Shown here piece by piece: positions 1 through 10,449 of a stretch of DNA of 64,000 bases (the stretch's first letter is position 1; every line of letters begins with the position of its first letter). Source of the DNA: Candidatus Bilamarchaeum dharawalense (lineage in GTDB: Archaea > Micrarchaeota > Micrarchaeia > Anstonellales > Bilamarchaeaceae). The translations under genes were made by a program, and so were the position numbers. Under the pieces are notes generated by a model, which had not been told where the DNA came from, did not search any database, and worked only from the letters and a program-made list of their open reading frames with translations. The stretch spans positions 32,939 through 96,938 of the forward strand of contig CABMJJ010000003.1 of assembly GCA_902386555.1 (NCBI GenBank). Reading direction: 5' to 3'.

Positions 1-462
1 GACTACAGCCCAGCAGCCTACGGTCCAAGAGTAAATGGTGCAGTTGGTTCTGGTTTGATGGTGCAGATAAGTGAGCCTGCGCCCCAGGCAACCTTAACAA
101 CTGACAGTTTACAACAGGATGGACAGGCATTCTTTACTGGCAACAGAATTGGGGGGAAAATAGACAGCGTACTTGAAAGTCTTCTTGCTGATACAGGTGC
201 AGATGGGACTGCGGTAAATGGTGTTCTTACCTCCAGATTTACAGGGAATAAAGAACAGCTATCTGGTGCAGTAAAGGCAAGATGGTATAGGGAACTTTCA
301 ACTGCAGCACAAAATCCAACTGTGCAGGGTTCTCTGAAAAGTGTAGGGATAACAGTTACCAAAACAGAAACAGGATTCGATGTCACTGTGGATTACAGCA
401 GAGCAGAACAGGTAATACGAAGCATGACCCTAACTTATGTAAGAGATCTTAATCCCAAGTAA
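1..462 (+). CDS. Hypothetical protein, 5'-truncated by the window edge
   Basis: Frame 1 is open from base 1 to TAA at 460-462; codon style resembles the downstream giant ORFs; no recognisable motif. Confidence 0.7.
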   Translation, partial: DYSPAAYGPRVNGAVGSGLMVQISEPAPQATLTTDSLQQDGQAFFTGNRIGGKIDSVLESLLADTGADGTAVNGVLTSRFTGNKEQLSGAVKARWYRELSTAAQNPTVQGSLKSVGITVTKTETGFDVTVDYSRAEQVIRSMTLTYVRDLNPK

Positions 463-548
463 TGCCTTTTTATGTATTTTCTCTTCTTAATTTCAATTCG
501 TCACATTTATAAAGAACCGGCGATATAATTTTATTGCGGGTGCGTACC

Positions 549-869
549 ATGGCTAAAAAGAAAGTCGTTGTTAAGGTTAAACCAACTAAGGTCGTGAGTG
601 TACCGGTCAAAACGGATGTTGCTTCAGTAGAAGCTGAGACCATAAAACGTGTCGGAAAAACTATTTCTACTCTTGAAGGCTTTCTCTCCAGATGGGATGC
701 GTCAAAGATTAAACCTGACAGCATGTTTCCTCAAGTCGTTAAGATAAGAAAATTCTATCAAGCACTTAATTCTTGGCAGAAGGATGTCACAGACAAAAAA
801 AATGTGGACGATGAGACACGCACACGAAGATTACGCGACTTCGTATTTATTTGTAAATCCTATTCATAA
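549..869 (+). CDS. Small Lys/Val-rich hypothetical protein
   Basis: ATG 549 (MAKKKVVVKVK...); TATA-like TTTATAAA at ~505-512; stop is 9 nt before the giant ORF. Confidence 0.7.
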   Translation: MAKKKVVVKVKPTKVVSVPVKTDVASVEAETIKRVGKTISTLEGFLSRWDASKIKPDSMFPQVVKIRKFYQALNSWQKDVTDKKNVDDETRTRRLRDFVFICKSYS

Positions 870-878
870 GGTGGTGGC

Positions 879-3800
879 ATGTCACAAACAGAACGTCAAC
901 CTGACAAAAAAGATAGATTAGTCATACACATAACATATAATCAAGCTGAAATAGCAGAATTACAACAATTTCTGAGAGAAGCACAAGGAGCCATTCAAGG
1001 TCTTAGAGAATATGCTCAGCGAGTTTCTGGTGGACCTGCACCCAGAACTGTTACTGACCTTGAAAAAGAAGTGGTCACATTAATGGGAATATTACGTTCA
1101 ATGAAATTAGAATCAGTGCCTATTTTTAAGGAGAGATTTGACTTTGAAATACACCAAATAGAGAAGTATATTACAAGTGCAAGAGAAATGGCTGGCACTG
1201 ATCCTGCCAAAGCATGGATAATGCTGACAGAAGCACAACAAAGAATGGAAGCACTTGGTGTTGTTTTCGTATCTGCAGTAAAATTTGTGGAAAGAGGATT
1301 GCCAGAAACCTATAGAAGAGGCGAACTTAATCCAGAAGAGACCATGTCGCGAGTACAGGATGCTGCAGAATGGGCTGCTTTGCAACTCGGAGGTAAATAT
1401 GACCGATTGGCAAAAGCTATTTTGAGAGCACACAAAGCACTTACTGATAACTTTGATTGCTATGTTTTTGATGATGATAACACAGTTAGAATTTATGATA
1501 ACCTGACAGCGTTTATTTTAGAACGCCACCAGATTGGTGACAGAAACGGAGTGTACAGTGAAGATCAGGCAAGAGCCGATGATAAGGCATTGGAAAAATT
1601 TGAAGGTAATTTCGTTGAATTAAGAGTTCAGGTAAAGGAAAGAAGTATTGCATTTTTGGAAAGCATGTCAGCAGCCTTGTTGCCATCACGACAATTAAGA
1701 GAAGGTGCAGCTGCATTGGCCGCAGAACAATATCATACCTGGCGGGATGAAGTTGACACATTAGTAAGAAAACTCAGAGGGGAAGACAGACCACTCGCAA
1801 CCTACGATGAAATGTGTAGAATCACTGCAGGGTATTTTGCACTAGTTGGAACGTTGGATGCTCCAGTAATGGGAGAAAAGGTGGCTGTTCTCCGAGATAG
1901 TGCAAAATTACTAAGAGGAAAAACAAGAGAAGGGGAGATAAGAGAAGGAACACCAGAGTGGTTTGGTCTTAGAGCATTGCAAGCCCTGGACCAGGGAAAT
2001 ACTAAGATGGCTGCTCTTTGCATAATGGTTGGAAACTTAGATAGACAATCATTTGACAGACTAAGAGACTATCTTCCATCCTACGAAGAGATAATGAGTG
2101 TGATAAGAAATAACAGAACGCCCACACCGGGTATGCTGGTTAGATTCACAAGTGAATTGCAATTTGCAAATGTTAAAGCAGAAACAGATGGACTTGTTGG
2201 CCAATATGTTGGCAAACAGGGTGAAAAAAATGAGAGGATACGGGCAGTGCTGACCACCATACTTGAACGAATAGAAAGAGGGGAGTTGGCAGATGCAAGA
2301 CGATTGCTTCTCATGGTTAAAACATACATTGAAATGATTAAAAAATACAAGAAAGAATGGGCTGGTTCTGGAGGTATGGAATCGGCAATTGATACCGAAA
2401 TACGAGGAGGAAATGGCCAGGAAGAGTTCAACAAAAGCATGGTCTACCATCAGTTCCAATTGGATTCTGCAAGAGTAAGAGAGACCTGGGCAGATTGGGG
2501 AACCGGAATGGTGATGCAGAAAAAAGTCATACGAACCGCATTGGATTATGCAGAATCATTGGCACGGGAAGGGAAAGGCCAGGAAGCTGCAAAAGTTTTG
2601 ACTCTGCTCACAATGTATGTGGATGCAGTGGAATTATTGGCAGTCAAAAAAGGAGGAAAAATCGCCTCACTGCGACAGGCAGACTTACCAAAATTACGAG
2701 GGATGGAAAGGGCATTGGCTGCAACAGCAAGAGGGGAAACCCAGGTTGATGAACTTGGTGTGGATGATGTGTTTGTTAGAAGTTTCAATGATGCACGTGA
2801 TCTTTACGTAGAACGAGAAATAAGCAGATTGGAAAAATTGGCTGTAGCACGACCAAACGGAAAAGAAACTGTGGTGCAGGCAATTGGAGTAGTAAAATCA
2901 AGATTAGCAAAAAAGAATTATGATGGTGCATTTACACTTTTGGCTTTACTCAGTGATTACTATGGTGGGGAAGTTGAAGCAGATCCTGCCAAAAAAATTC
3001 CAGCAAAAAGTGAAGGATGGAGATATGAGATATTTGCTGGCAGCAGTGTTTCGGGTATTGTGCAGGGTAGAGACAGGATGCTCGAAGCCATTAGATTGGA
3101 AATGGCTGCAAAAACAATAACTCAACATAAAACTGCAAATTCGAAATTTTTAGAAGGCGTTGATCTTGTTGGAATGAGTCATGCGCTCACAGTAGAATAC
3201 GACAGAATACTTGCAATGTATAATGGAAAAGAAAGAATGCAGGAAAAAGCACCACCTGGAAAAGTAATTGCCGGAAGAAGTGCAACTGGCCAGGATGTTC
3301 TGGTGGACATTGCAGATGTTACTGCCTATGAAAGAAGAGAAGCAGCCGAACCAAGAGACCCATTGCTTAAGGGAACACGACCACTTAGAGAAATTCTTGA
3401 AGACATGAGACGAGCAGCTGCAACAGGTAATCTTGTTGCATTCAATTCGTCAGTGGTTGAATTCAATATACGATTTGGAAATGCTGTGGCCGCATCCACC
3501 CGATCTATGATGTTCGATCAGATGATCGAGGGTTTGGATCAACTTCACACAGGAATGGCTTCGGTCTATGGAATGTATGATAATGTTCCTGAATTTAAAA
3601 TCGGTAAACGTAGCATTGTTGGTTACAAGTGGCGCGGAGACGGGGTAGTTAGAGAGGAATGGCAGGAAACTTCCAGAAGTACGTCCTTACATTACATGTC
3701 TCTGGATATGCCGCCAGAAGCTGTTGCAAGATTAACAGCACTGGAACAGAGAAGAGTACAATTGCAAAAAAGAATTGAAGATTTCAGAGCAGGACGAGGG

Positions 3801-6800
3801 GGGGATGAAGCCAGAATTATTCAGGATTATCAAAAATACATTGATGATTTCCAAGCAGAACAGAGACTTGCAACGGCCTATGTTGCCATTGATGGCCAGC
3901 TTAAACTCAATCCAGTCTACCGAAGCATGGTAGCACAAACATCAGGTCTTTTGGATGACGCAGTTGGAGGACCAACATCTGAAACTAGAACTTCCCTTGA
4001 TAGGTGTGCCCAGGCACTTGAACAGGCGAAAAAAGCCATACTGGCTGGAGACACTAAAGGAGCAGAACTTCAGTACCAAGTAGCAATGCAATACCGAGTT
4101 GCAGCAATGAAAAAGTATGGTATGGAAGGTTCCTATTATGTTCAACCCTCAATGGATGAGACCTGGGGATCAACACCATTTGAAGACATGGTAAATGAGG
4201 GAAGACAACGAGCATTGAGAGAACGGGATGGACAATATGAAGCCTATTTCCAACTTCAGATGGGTGCCTTCCGTGAAACATTATACGGAAAAGCAGAAGG
4301 AAGAAAAGAAAGATTAGAACTACAAAAAAGATTAGTTGATTCGGCCAGACTGATGGAACTTGCAATTTTTAGCATCCCTGGTAGAAACATTAGCCAGCAG
4401 GGCGTTGACTATGTAAATGAACAACACCGAATACGCACTGCAGTTATGCAGGCAGTTGGCGCTTTCCGAGCTGGAGATGTGCGAGCAGGTGAAGCTGCTC
4501 TTGCTCAGGCTGAAGCATCATGGAAAGATATACAAAAAATTTCCGGATATGTTGGATGGGGTGCAAATGCAGCATACACACTTATTGCATTGGGCATTAC
4601 GTTTGTTCAACCAGAAATAGGTATTGGTATGATTTTAGCTCAGCAGGCAGATGGTGCCTATGTTGAACATCATGTGAATGGTGCAGTTTCAGCTGAGACC
4701 TGGGTTATGATGGGATTAACAGTTGCAACAGGGGGATTAGGAAGAGCCTATGGAGTTTACAGAACTGCAGCAACAGCAGCAAGAATTGCAGAAGAAACAG
4801 AAGCTGCAGTAAGATTAACGAACGTAGCAACAACACTCGGAAGAACATCCATAACTGTTGGAGCAGGAATGACAGTATATATGGGTGCTCAATCCTACGA
4901 AGCATTTGAAAGGGGAGATATCAAAAACGGATTATTCAACGCAGGTATGGCATTATTCCCCTGGTTGCATATGGGTGGAGCCTACTTACGGTCAAGAAGC
5001 GCAGCAGTACCAGAAGTTAGGTTGGACGCAGCAGCAGAAGAATTGGCACCAACAGTTCCAAAACCAGTTGTTGATGTTGACCCAACAGTGGTTCCAGAAA
5101 CACCAGCAGTTGCAAGACTTCGCAATCCAAAAGTTTTATTGGAATTTTTAAGAGGATATGTTCGTGCAGCTCCAGCAGTTAGAGAATCAATGATAGCTGG
5201 ATTGCCTGAACATGTTCGAGGTGCGGTAGATAGTCTTATACAAAACCCTGCAATGCAGCAGGCACTTAAAGCACCTGATTCTTCAGTTGTTTATCTTTCA
5301 GCAGAAGATGCAATGGCTAAGGCCATAAGAACATTTGAGAAACCACCAACAACACCTGGTCCAACAGGAATTGGACCATTCCAGGAAGCAGCAAATTGGC
5401 TGGCAACTAAAGGAGTCACATTGCAAGGATTTGTTGGTGATCTTTTAGCAGGACAATCAGTTGCAAAAGCAAGATTAGCAGAAATCCGAGCACAGAGTCC
5501 AGAGGTGGCAGCAATCATTGATGGGTTGCTTGAAAATACCACGGTGCAGTATGCAGCTAAAAAAGGACCAAATCCAATTTCTGAAGCAATCTACAGAAAA
5601 GCATTGGCAGATTTAGAAAGAATTGTTCCAAGAGATATTGTACAGCAGGAAGTGCAAGCACTTGAAGTTTACGAAGTACAAGTAGTTGGTGGAGAACCAA
5701 TTCAGATGATTGGACGAGTTCCGCCAGGTGACATGCCTGGAACCAGAACTCCAACAATGATGGGAGGACGATCACCAGAAATGGGAGGTAGAGCACCACA
5801 GATCGTTGGAAGTGCTGAAGGAACAGGTGGTGGTAGACCCCCAGTACCAAGAGCAGGGGCTGGAGATACTGGAGGACCAGTTGTAACCGACGGTGGTGGA
5901 ACTGGAGGGAGACCATTACCACCTAGTCGTGGAACAGTTCGTAGAACAATAGACGCAGTAACTCCTGATTTCATTTTGGATAGAGTAGCTGAGCTTAAAG
6001 CAAAAAGAGCAGCAGAAAAAGCAGCAAAGGCACGAGGTCCCCAGGACATTCAGGCTCCAGAAAGTTTTGTAGAACAAGCCGCAGGTGATCTTGAAGGAGT
6101 ATTGACAAGAGTGGGAACAACAGAACAACGTGCAAGAGCATTGGCAGAAATACGATCACGACCAGAATACCTGGATAGAACAGGTGCACTTACAGAGGAA
6201 GGAATTCGGGAAGCCGAGGGAATTCATGCAGCCACTGGTGAAGTTGTAGGACTTTTCAAAGGACTCTATGAAAGAGCAAATGATTCAAGACTTGCACCAG
6301 GATTAAGAGAACACGCAAGAACATTGATGGAAAGATTATATGCAAGAGAAAATGTTCGTGCAGCATTGGAAGAAGCTGCATTTGATGACCCTGCTCTTGC
6401 ACGCGCATTTAGAGAAACCGAAACAAGAAGTGCATTGGCAAAAGGTGGACGCACTGATGCTGAATATTATGGTAGTTTAAGAGAGGCAGGTTTCAAACCA
6501 GAGGATATAACTGCAATTGTGGATGTTCTAGAAACACCTGTGCTTAAACAGGTAGTGGAAGCAAGAACAAAAATTGCTGAAGCAAATAAACGAGGAGCAG
6601 AACTAACAGGCCAGATTGTAGAAGCGCAACCGAAATTAGTTAAAGCAGATGCGGCTCCGAGAAAAGCATTTGTAGAAAAAAGTGGGAGAGCAGTAGAAGA
6701 AGCTCAAGCACAATATGAAAAATTAGTTGCCGAGCGTGACGCAATTGATGTGGTACAAGTACAGGATGAACTAGGAGGAGTACCCCCAGGTTCACCTGAA

Positions 6801-9800
6801 GCATCACGATTGCAAGCAACCATTGACAGGGCAGCAGCACTTGATGCTGTATTACCAGAACTAAGACAGCAATTGGACGGAGCAGGATACATGATAGAAG
6901 GGGTGGGACAGGTTAGATTGGATAGAGTCGCCCCAAGAGATTTAGCACAGAGAACACAGGAAATTAGATTGGGATTGGAAACTATTGAAGCACAATTAGC
7001 TAGAGCAGACCAATTGCTTAGAAGTGTTGGTGAGGAGGGAGTCGTTAAAAAACCTGCTAAGATTCCCGGGAAAGTAGCCTGGGTACCGAAAGTGGAGGAA
7101 TTAACAGATGGTGCCAGAGTTGCATGGGAAAAAGCAGTGAGAAAACCATTGGATAGAGTAGTAGAACTTACCCAGGGATTAAGACAAACAAATCAAGTTA
7201 TAGCAGATGCAGGAGAACTGTTGGCAAGACCAGAAGCCCAACCATTGGCAACAACTGAAAGAGTACTTGGGATAGAAATTGGATCAAAAGCAAGAGCGGA
7301 AATGTTGGTTAAATTAGCAGACACAGGCAAACTTCCAAAAGAGATGTTGGATGGAGAAGCAAATGGACTGGTTAGAGGAACACAGGAAGCAATAGGCAGA
7401 ATTCCAATACCAGATGAAGCTCCAATAACCCGATTAATACGGGAAAGAATAATGGAAAGAGCCAGACAAGGTGGAGAGATAAAAGAGATAATTCTTAAAG
7501 TTTTGAGAAGTGACGAGGTTGCAAGAGAGATCGGAGCTAGATACGGGCCAGAGATGGAAGCAGATTATCGAAGAGCAGTATCAAGCGACGTTGTTGATAC
7601 TGCATTGGCTGAGTGGAATCAGAAAAACCCAAGACAGCAAAGAACAGCTTTTGATCAAGTGATGTTTAATTTACGAGCAATGGAAAATGGACAGGTATCC
7701 AATTTTGTTACAACAATGACAACCAACTTTAGTGATGTGTTTGGTGCAATACAAGTTTACACCGACGCCCCAGTGCTTACTGCCTATCGCGCAGAGGTTT
7801 TGGCTAGAGGAGGACAGGTTGCACCTGAATTTGGAAGTGCAACTGGTGCTGCCTGGCGCTGGGTACGGGAAAAAGCACCGAGTGGTTTGGTTACCGTAGT
7901 TGACTATGGTTTTGGTCCTGTTAGAGGTTGGAGAGCAAAACCAGGAGAACCATTAAGTGGTAAGATCGGTCCCCTTCGTAGAAAAGGACTTGCGAGGATA
8001 CAGGAAGCTGTTGATGCAGGCCAGACTGTCGAGGGTGCAAAAATTGCATGGGGTAGGGCATTCATTGCTGCTCAATATGCTTTGTGGATCGGTAATGCTG
8101 CATTCTTTGAATATTATTGGGGACCATGGGTTGGACAAAAAGTTGCAAACATTTTCACAGAACCAAATGTAAAAATAGAACGCGGTCCTGGTAGATGGCT
8201 ATGGAGCCAAGCTGGAGATTTGATAAATGAAATATTTGGCACCTCAACCTCAGCAAAAGAAGGGCGTAGATTGGTTAGAGAGAAATTAGGTGTGGATATT
8301 TCAGAAGAAAATGCTGAAGCAATTATAAAAGACCCTAATGTTAGGATGTTCCTGGATAGATGGAGATTCCTATTCCCACAAAACCAGGGAGAGCAGCAAG
8401 GAGAAAGTCCAGAGCGCAGACCAATGAATATGCAGGAAGCACTGAAAAAAGAGGGCGGATTTATTCACCCTGCAATGTTGGACAAGGTACTTGATGATGT
8501 TAGAGAAATGTCTGAGCAGATGGGTGATGTAAACAAATATATTACCAGAATCGAATCCGGTCAAGATACGGATGGAGAGACCAGAAAGAAATTAGATGCC
8601 ATAGTAAACAGATGGGGAATTTCAACAGAGGCCATATTAGAATTAGTAAGGCAGAGAAGAACCTACGAACCAGGATATAATTTAACAGTGGTTGACCTGG
8701 CAGAGATCAGAAAAACCGGAGACTGGCTTGCAAAAGGGTACTATTATACTTTTGGCAGCACTCTTGTCCATACCTTCCTTAGCGACTGTGGCATAACTGA
8801 CCACCAGAGAGAAGTTGGTGTACTTCAGAAAAATCCTGATGCCTACGGGGTATTATGGAATCTGATTCAAAGTGGCCAGATACCCTATGCCTATGCTCAA
8901 CGAGCAGTGCAGATTCTAACTGGAGTTGGTGTGATTGAACAGCTAAGATTACAAGCTGAAGTCAATGATACCAAATTAGAATCACTAATAACTGAGATGT
9001 TTAAAGCATATGGAATGATCGTCCCGAATCCAACTAGACCAAGCGGCGTGACTAAAGAATCATTCCTTAGGGATCTTCAGGCTCAGGCAACTGCAGAAGG
9101 ATCCTATCCAGAAAAGGTTGCAATGTTTGTTGGAGAACAGAAAGATGTGTTCATTGCACTTTGGGGATTTGTCAATAATGGAGATGTGCCAGTTGTATAC
9201 GCACAACAAGCAATAATTGAATTAGGCAAACCTGGAAGCATAGCAGCCATACAGGCAAAAGTGCAGGCAGGACAAAAAATCGAAGACGCAGTTTATGAAT
9301 TTTTAAATGGAAAAGGACTGATCATTGCAATACCAACAGCAGATGGAACACGGGGAGTATCCCAGACTTCTGCTCTTGGATATTTGGATGAACAGGCTAG
9401 TTACTACAATCCAGAATTACTGCCAGCAGTACGAGCAATTTTCGATAGATACAAAGGAGATCCGGTTGCCCTTGCTGCTTTGGAACAAATTGAAATTCGT
9501 GACTCGGAAAGAGTGTACGGCGATCCTGAGAAATTTGTTGAATGGTTAGTAAGAAAAGTTACTGAAAGAAATGCTCTGGTAGCTGAAGCAACTAGAACAG
9601 GAAAACCAGCACCTCCGATGGTGAATTACAGAGATGAGGCAATTAGAGAAGGATGGATTGGAAGAAGATCATTTGCAGAACTTGATTCAAATGTTCTCAG
9701 ATTCCCAGAGCTTATGACTTTTGCTGGTCAACATCCAGGAGTAATGGACTGGGTTGAAAAACAAGCTGACAAGTATGACATAAATCTTGTGGCTATTCTA

Positions 9801-10439
9801 GGTGATTTGAAATTACATTCAGAGAACATACCAACCAACCCACAAGCACTTAGCGCATATTTGGATAGCCTAGCAGCAGATTATCAAGCAAGAGGCTTGC
9901 TGAAATTAAAGACAGTAAGAACTGCTGCAGAAGCAATAGCAGACAGAGGACAAAAAAGCGGGGTAAAACGTCCAGAACAGATAAGAAGAGAAGAGGAAAG
10001 ACTGCATTACCCAAGAGGAGAAGCACCTGCAACCACTCGAGCTGCTAAGGCACCAGAAGACGTAACTGCTGAACCAGTTCAGATTTCAGATGAGGAAGTT
10101 GCTGCATTTATTGAACGACGCATGGTACCAGCAAGACAGATTAGGGCAAATTTTGTAGACTTATTAGCTGAAATGAGAAAAGCTCAGGAGAAAGATCTGA
10201 TTGCTGCAGTTGGCGCTAAATACCAGAAACCTGGAGTTTCTGAAGACGATGTGATATGGACAGAGTTCATAAGGTATATTATGAAAGAGATTCAAAACCC
10301 GGTAACTGCAGGGATATATACAAAAAATGGAATAATAGTCGAAGGCGGAGCCATAACAAGACTGGACAGCGGCAAATATGAGACTTTCTTGAGAGGCAAA
10401 ATAGGAGAAGCCTTACTGAGCTTGAATCCAACTAAGTAG
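879..10439 (+). CDS. Giant 3186-aa mostly alpha-helical protein with a central hydrophobic segment and internal repeats
   Basis: 9.5-kb uninterrupted ORF, GGTGG RBS upstream; Gly/Ala-rich hydrophobic helices at ~nt 4550-4990; Pro/Gly linker at ~5700-5940; function unknown. Confidence 0.9.
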   Translation: MSQTERQPDKKDRLVIHITYNQAEIAELQQFLREAQGAIQGLREYAQRVSGGPAPRTVTDLEKEVVTLMGILRSMKLESVPIFKERFDFEIHQIEKYITSAREMAGTDPAKAWIMLTEAQQRMEALGVVFVSAVKFVERGLPETYRRGELNPEETMSRVQDAAEWAALQLGGKYDRLAKAILRAHKALTDNFDCYVFDDDNTVRIYDNLTAFILERHQIGDRNGVYSEDQARADDKALEKFEGNFVELRVQVKERSIAFLESMSAALLPSRQLREGAAALAAEQYHTWRDEVDTLVRKLRGEDRPLATYDEMCRITAGYFALVGTLDAPVMGEKVAVLRDSAKLLRGKTREGEIREGTPEWFGLRALQALDQGNTKMAALCIMVGNLDRQSFDRLRDYLPSYEEIMSVIRNNRTPTPGMLVRFTSELQFANVKAETDGLVGQYVGKQGEKNERIRAVLTTILERIERGELADARRLLLMVKTYIEMIKKYKKEWAGSGGMESAIDTEIRGGNGQEEFNKSMVYHQFQLDSARVRETWADWGTGMVMQKKVIRTALDYAESLAREGKGQEAAKVLTLLTMYVDAVELLAVKKGGKIASLRQADLPKLRGMERALAATARGETQVDELGVDDVFVRSFNDARDLYVEREISRLEKLAVARPNGKETVVQAIGVVKSRLAKKNYDGAFTLLALLSDYYGGEVEADPAKKIPAKSEGWRYEIFAGSSVSGIVQGRDRMLEAIRLEMAAKTITQHKTANSKFLEGVDLVGMSHALTVEYDRILAMYNGKERMQEKAPPGKVIAGRSATGQDVLVDIADVTAYERREAAEPRDPLLKGTRPLREILEDMRRAAATGNLVAFNSSVVEFNIRFGNAVAASTRSMMFDQMIEGLDQLHTGMASVYGMYDNVPEFKIGKRSIVGYKWRGDGVVREEWQETSRSTSLHYMSLDMPPEAVARLTALEQRRVQLQKRIEDFRAGRGGDEARIIQDYQKYIDDFQAEQRLATAYVAIDGQLKLNPVYRSMVAQTSGLLDDAVGGPTSETRTSLDRCAQALEQAKKAILAGDTKGAELQYQVAMQYRVAAMKKYGMEGSYYVQPSMDETWGSTPFEDMVNEGRQRALRERDGQYEAYFQLQMGAFRETLYGKAEGRKERLELQKRLVDSARLMELAIFSIPGRNISQQGVDYVNEQHRIRTAVMQAVGAFRAGDVRAGEAALAQAEASWKDIQKISGYVGWGANAAYTLIALGITFVQPEIGIGMILAQQADGAYVEHHVNGAVSAETWVMMGLTVATGGLGRAYGVYRTAATAARIAEETEAAVRLTNVATTLGRTSITVGAGMTVYMGAQSYEAFERGDIKNGLFNAGMALFPWLHMGGAYLRSRSAAVPEVRLDAAAEELAPTVPKPVVDVDPTVVPETPAVARLRNPKVLLEFLRGYVRAAPAVRESMIAGLPEHVRGAVDSLIQNPAMQQALKAPDSSVVYLSAEDAMAKAIRTFEKPPTTPGPTGIGPFQEAANWLATKGVTLQGFVGDLLAGQSVAKARLAEIRAQSPEVAAIIDGLLENTTVQYAAKKGPNPISEAIYRKALADLERIVPRDIVQQEVQALEVYEVQVVGGEPIQMIGRVPPGDMPGTRTPTMMGGRSPEMGGRAPQIVGSAEGTGGGRPPVPRAGAGDTGGPVVTDGGGTGGRPLPPSRGTVRRTIDAVTPDFILDRVAELKAKRAAEKAAKARGPQDIQAPESFVEQAAGDLEGVLTRVGTTEQRARALAEIRSRPEYLDRTGALTEEGIREAEGIHAATGEVVGLFKGLYERANDSRLAPGLREHARTLMERLYARENVRAALEEAAFDDPALARAFRETETRSALAKGGRTDAEYYGSLREAGFKPEDITAIVDVLETPVLKQVVEARTKIAEANKRGAELTGQIVEAQPKLVKADAAPRKAFVEKSGRAVEEAQAQYEKLVAERDAIDVVQVQDELGGVPPGSPEASRLQATIDRAAALDAVLPELRQQLDGAGYMIEGVGQVRLDRVAPRDLAQRTQEIRLGLETIEAQLARADQLLRSVGEEGVVKKPAKIPGKVAWVPKVEELTDGARVAWEKAVRKPLDRVVELTQGLRQTNQVIADAGELLARPEAQPLATTERVLGIEIGSKARAEMLVKLADTGKLPKEMLDGEANGLVRGTQEAIGRIPIPDEAPITRLIRERIMERARQGGEIKEIILKVLRSDEVAREIGARYGPEMEADYRRAVSSDVVDTALAEWNQKNPRQQRTAFDQVMFNLRAMENGQVSNFVTTMTTNFSDVFGAIQVYTDAPVLTAYRAEVLARGGQVAPEFGSATGAAWRWVREKAPSGLVTVVDYGFGPVRGWRAKPGEPLSGKIGPLRRKGLARIQEAVDAGQTVEGAKIAWGRAFIAAQYALWIGNAAFFEYYWGPWVGQKVANIFTEPNVKIERGPGRWLWSQAGDLINEIFGTSTSAKEGRRLVREKLGVDISEENAEAIIKDPNVRMFLDRWRFLFPQNQGEQQGESPERRPMNMQEALKKEGGFIHPAMLDKVLDDVREMSEQMGDVNKYITRIESGQDTDGETRKKLDAIVNRWGISTEAILELVRQRRTYEPGYNLTVVDLAEIRKTGDWLAKGYYYTFGSTLVHTFLSDCGITDHQREVGVLQKNPDAYGVLWNLIQSGQIPYAYAQRAVQILTGVGVIEQLRLQAEVNDTKLESLITEMFKAYGMIVPNPTRPSGVTKESFLRDLQAQATAEGSYPEKVAMFVGEQKDVFIALWGFVNNGDVPVVYAQQAIIELGKPGSIAAIQAKVQAGQKIEDAVYEFLNGKGLIIAIPTADGTRGVSQTSALGYLDEQASYYNPELLPAVRAIFDRYKGDPVALAALEQIEIRDSERVYGDPEKFVEWLVRKVTERNALVAEATRTGKPAPPMVNYRDEAIREGWIGRRSFAELDSNVLRFPELMTFAGQHPGVMDWVEKQADKYDINLVAILGDLKLHSENIPTNPQALSAYLDSLAADYQARGLLKLKTVRTAAEAIADRGQKSGVKRPEQIRREEERLHYPRGEAPATTRAAKAPEDVTAEPVQISDEEVAAFIERRMVPARQIRANFVDLLAEMRKAQEKDLIAAVGAKYQKPGVSEDDVIWTEFIRYIMKEIQNPVTAGIYTKNGIIVEGGAITRLDSGKYETFLRGKIGEALLSLNPTK

Positions 10440-10449
10440 GTGGTATTAC

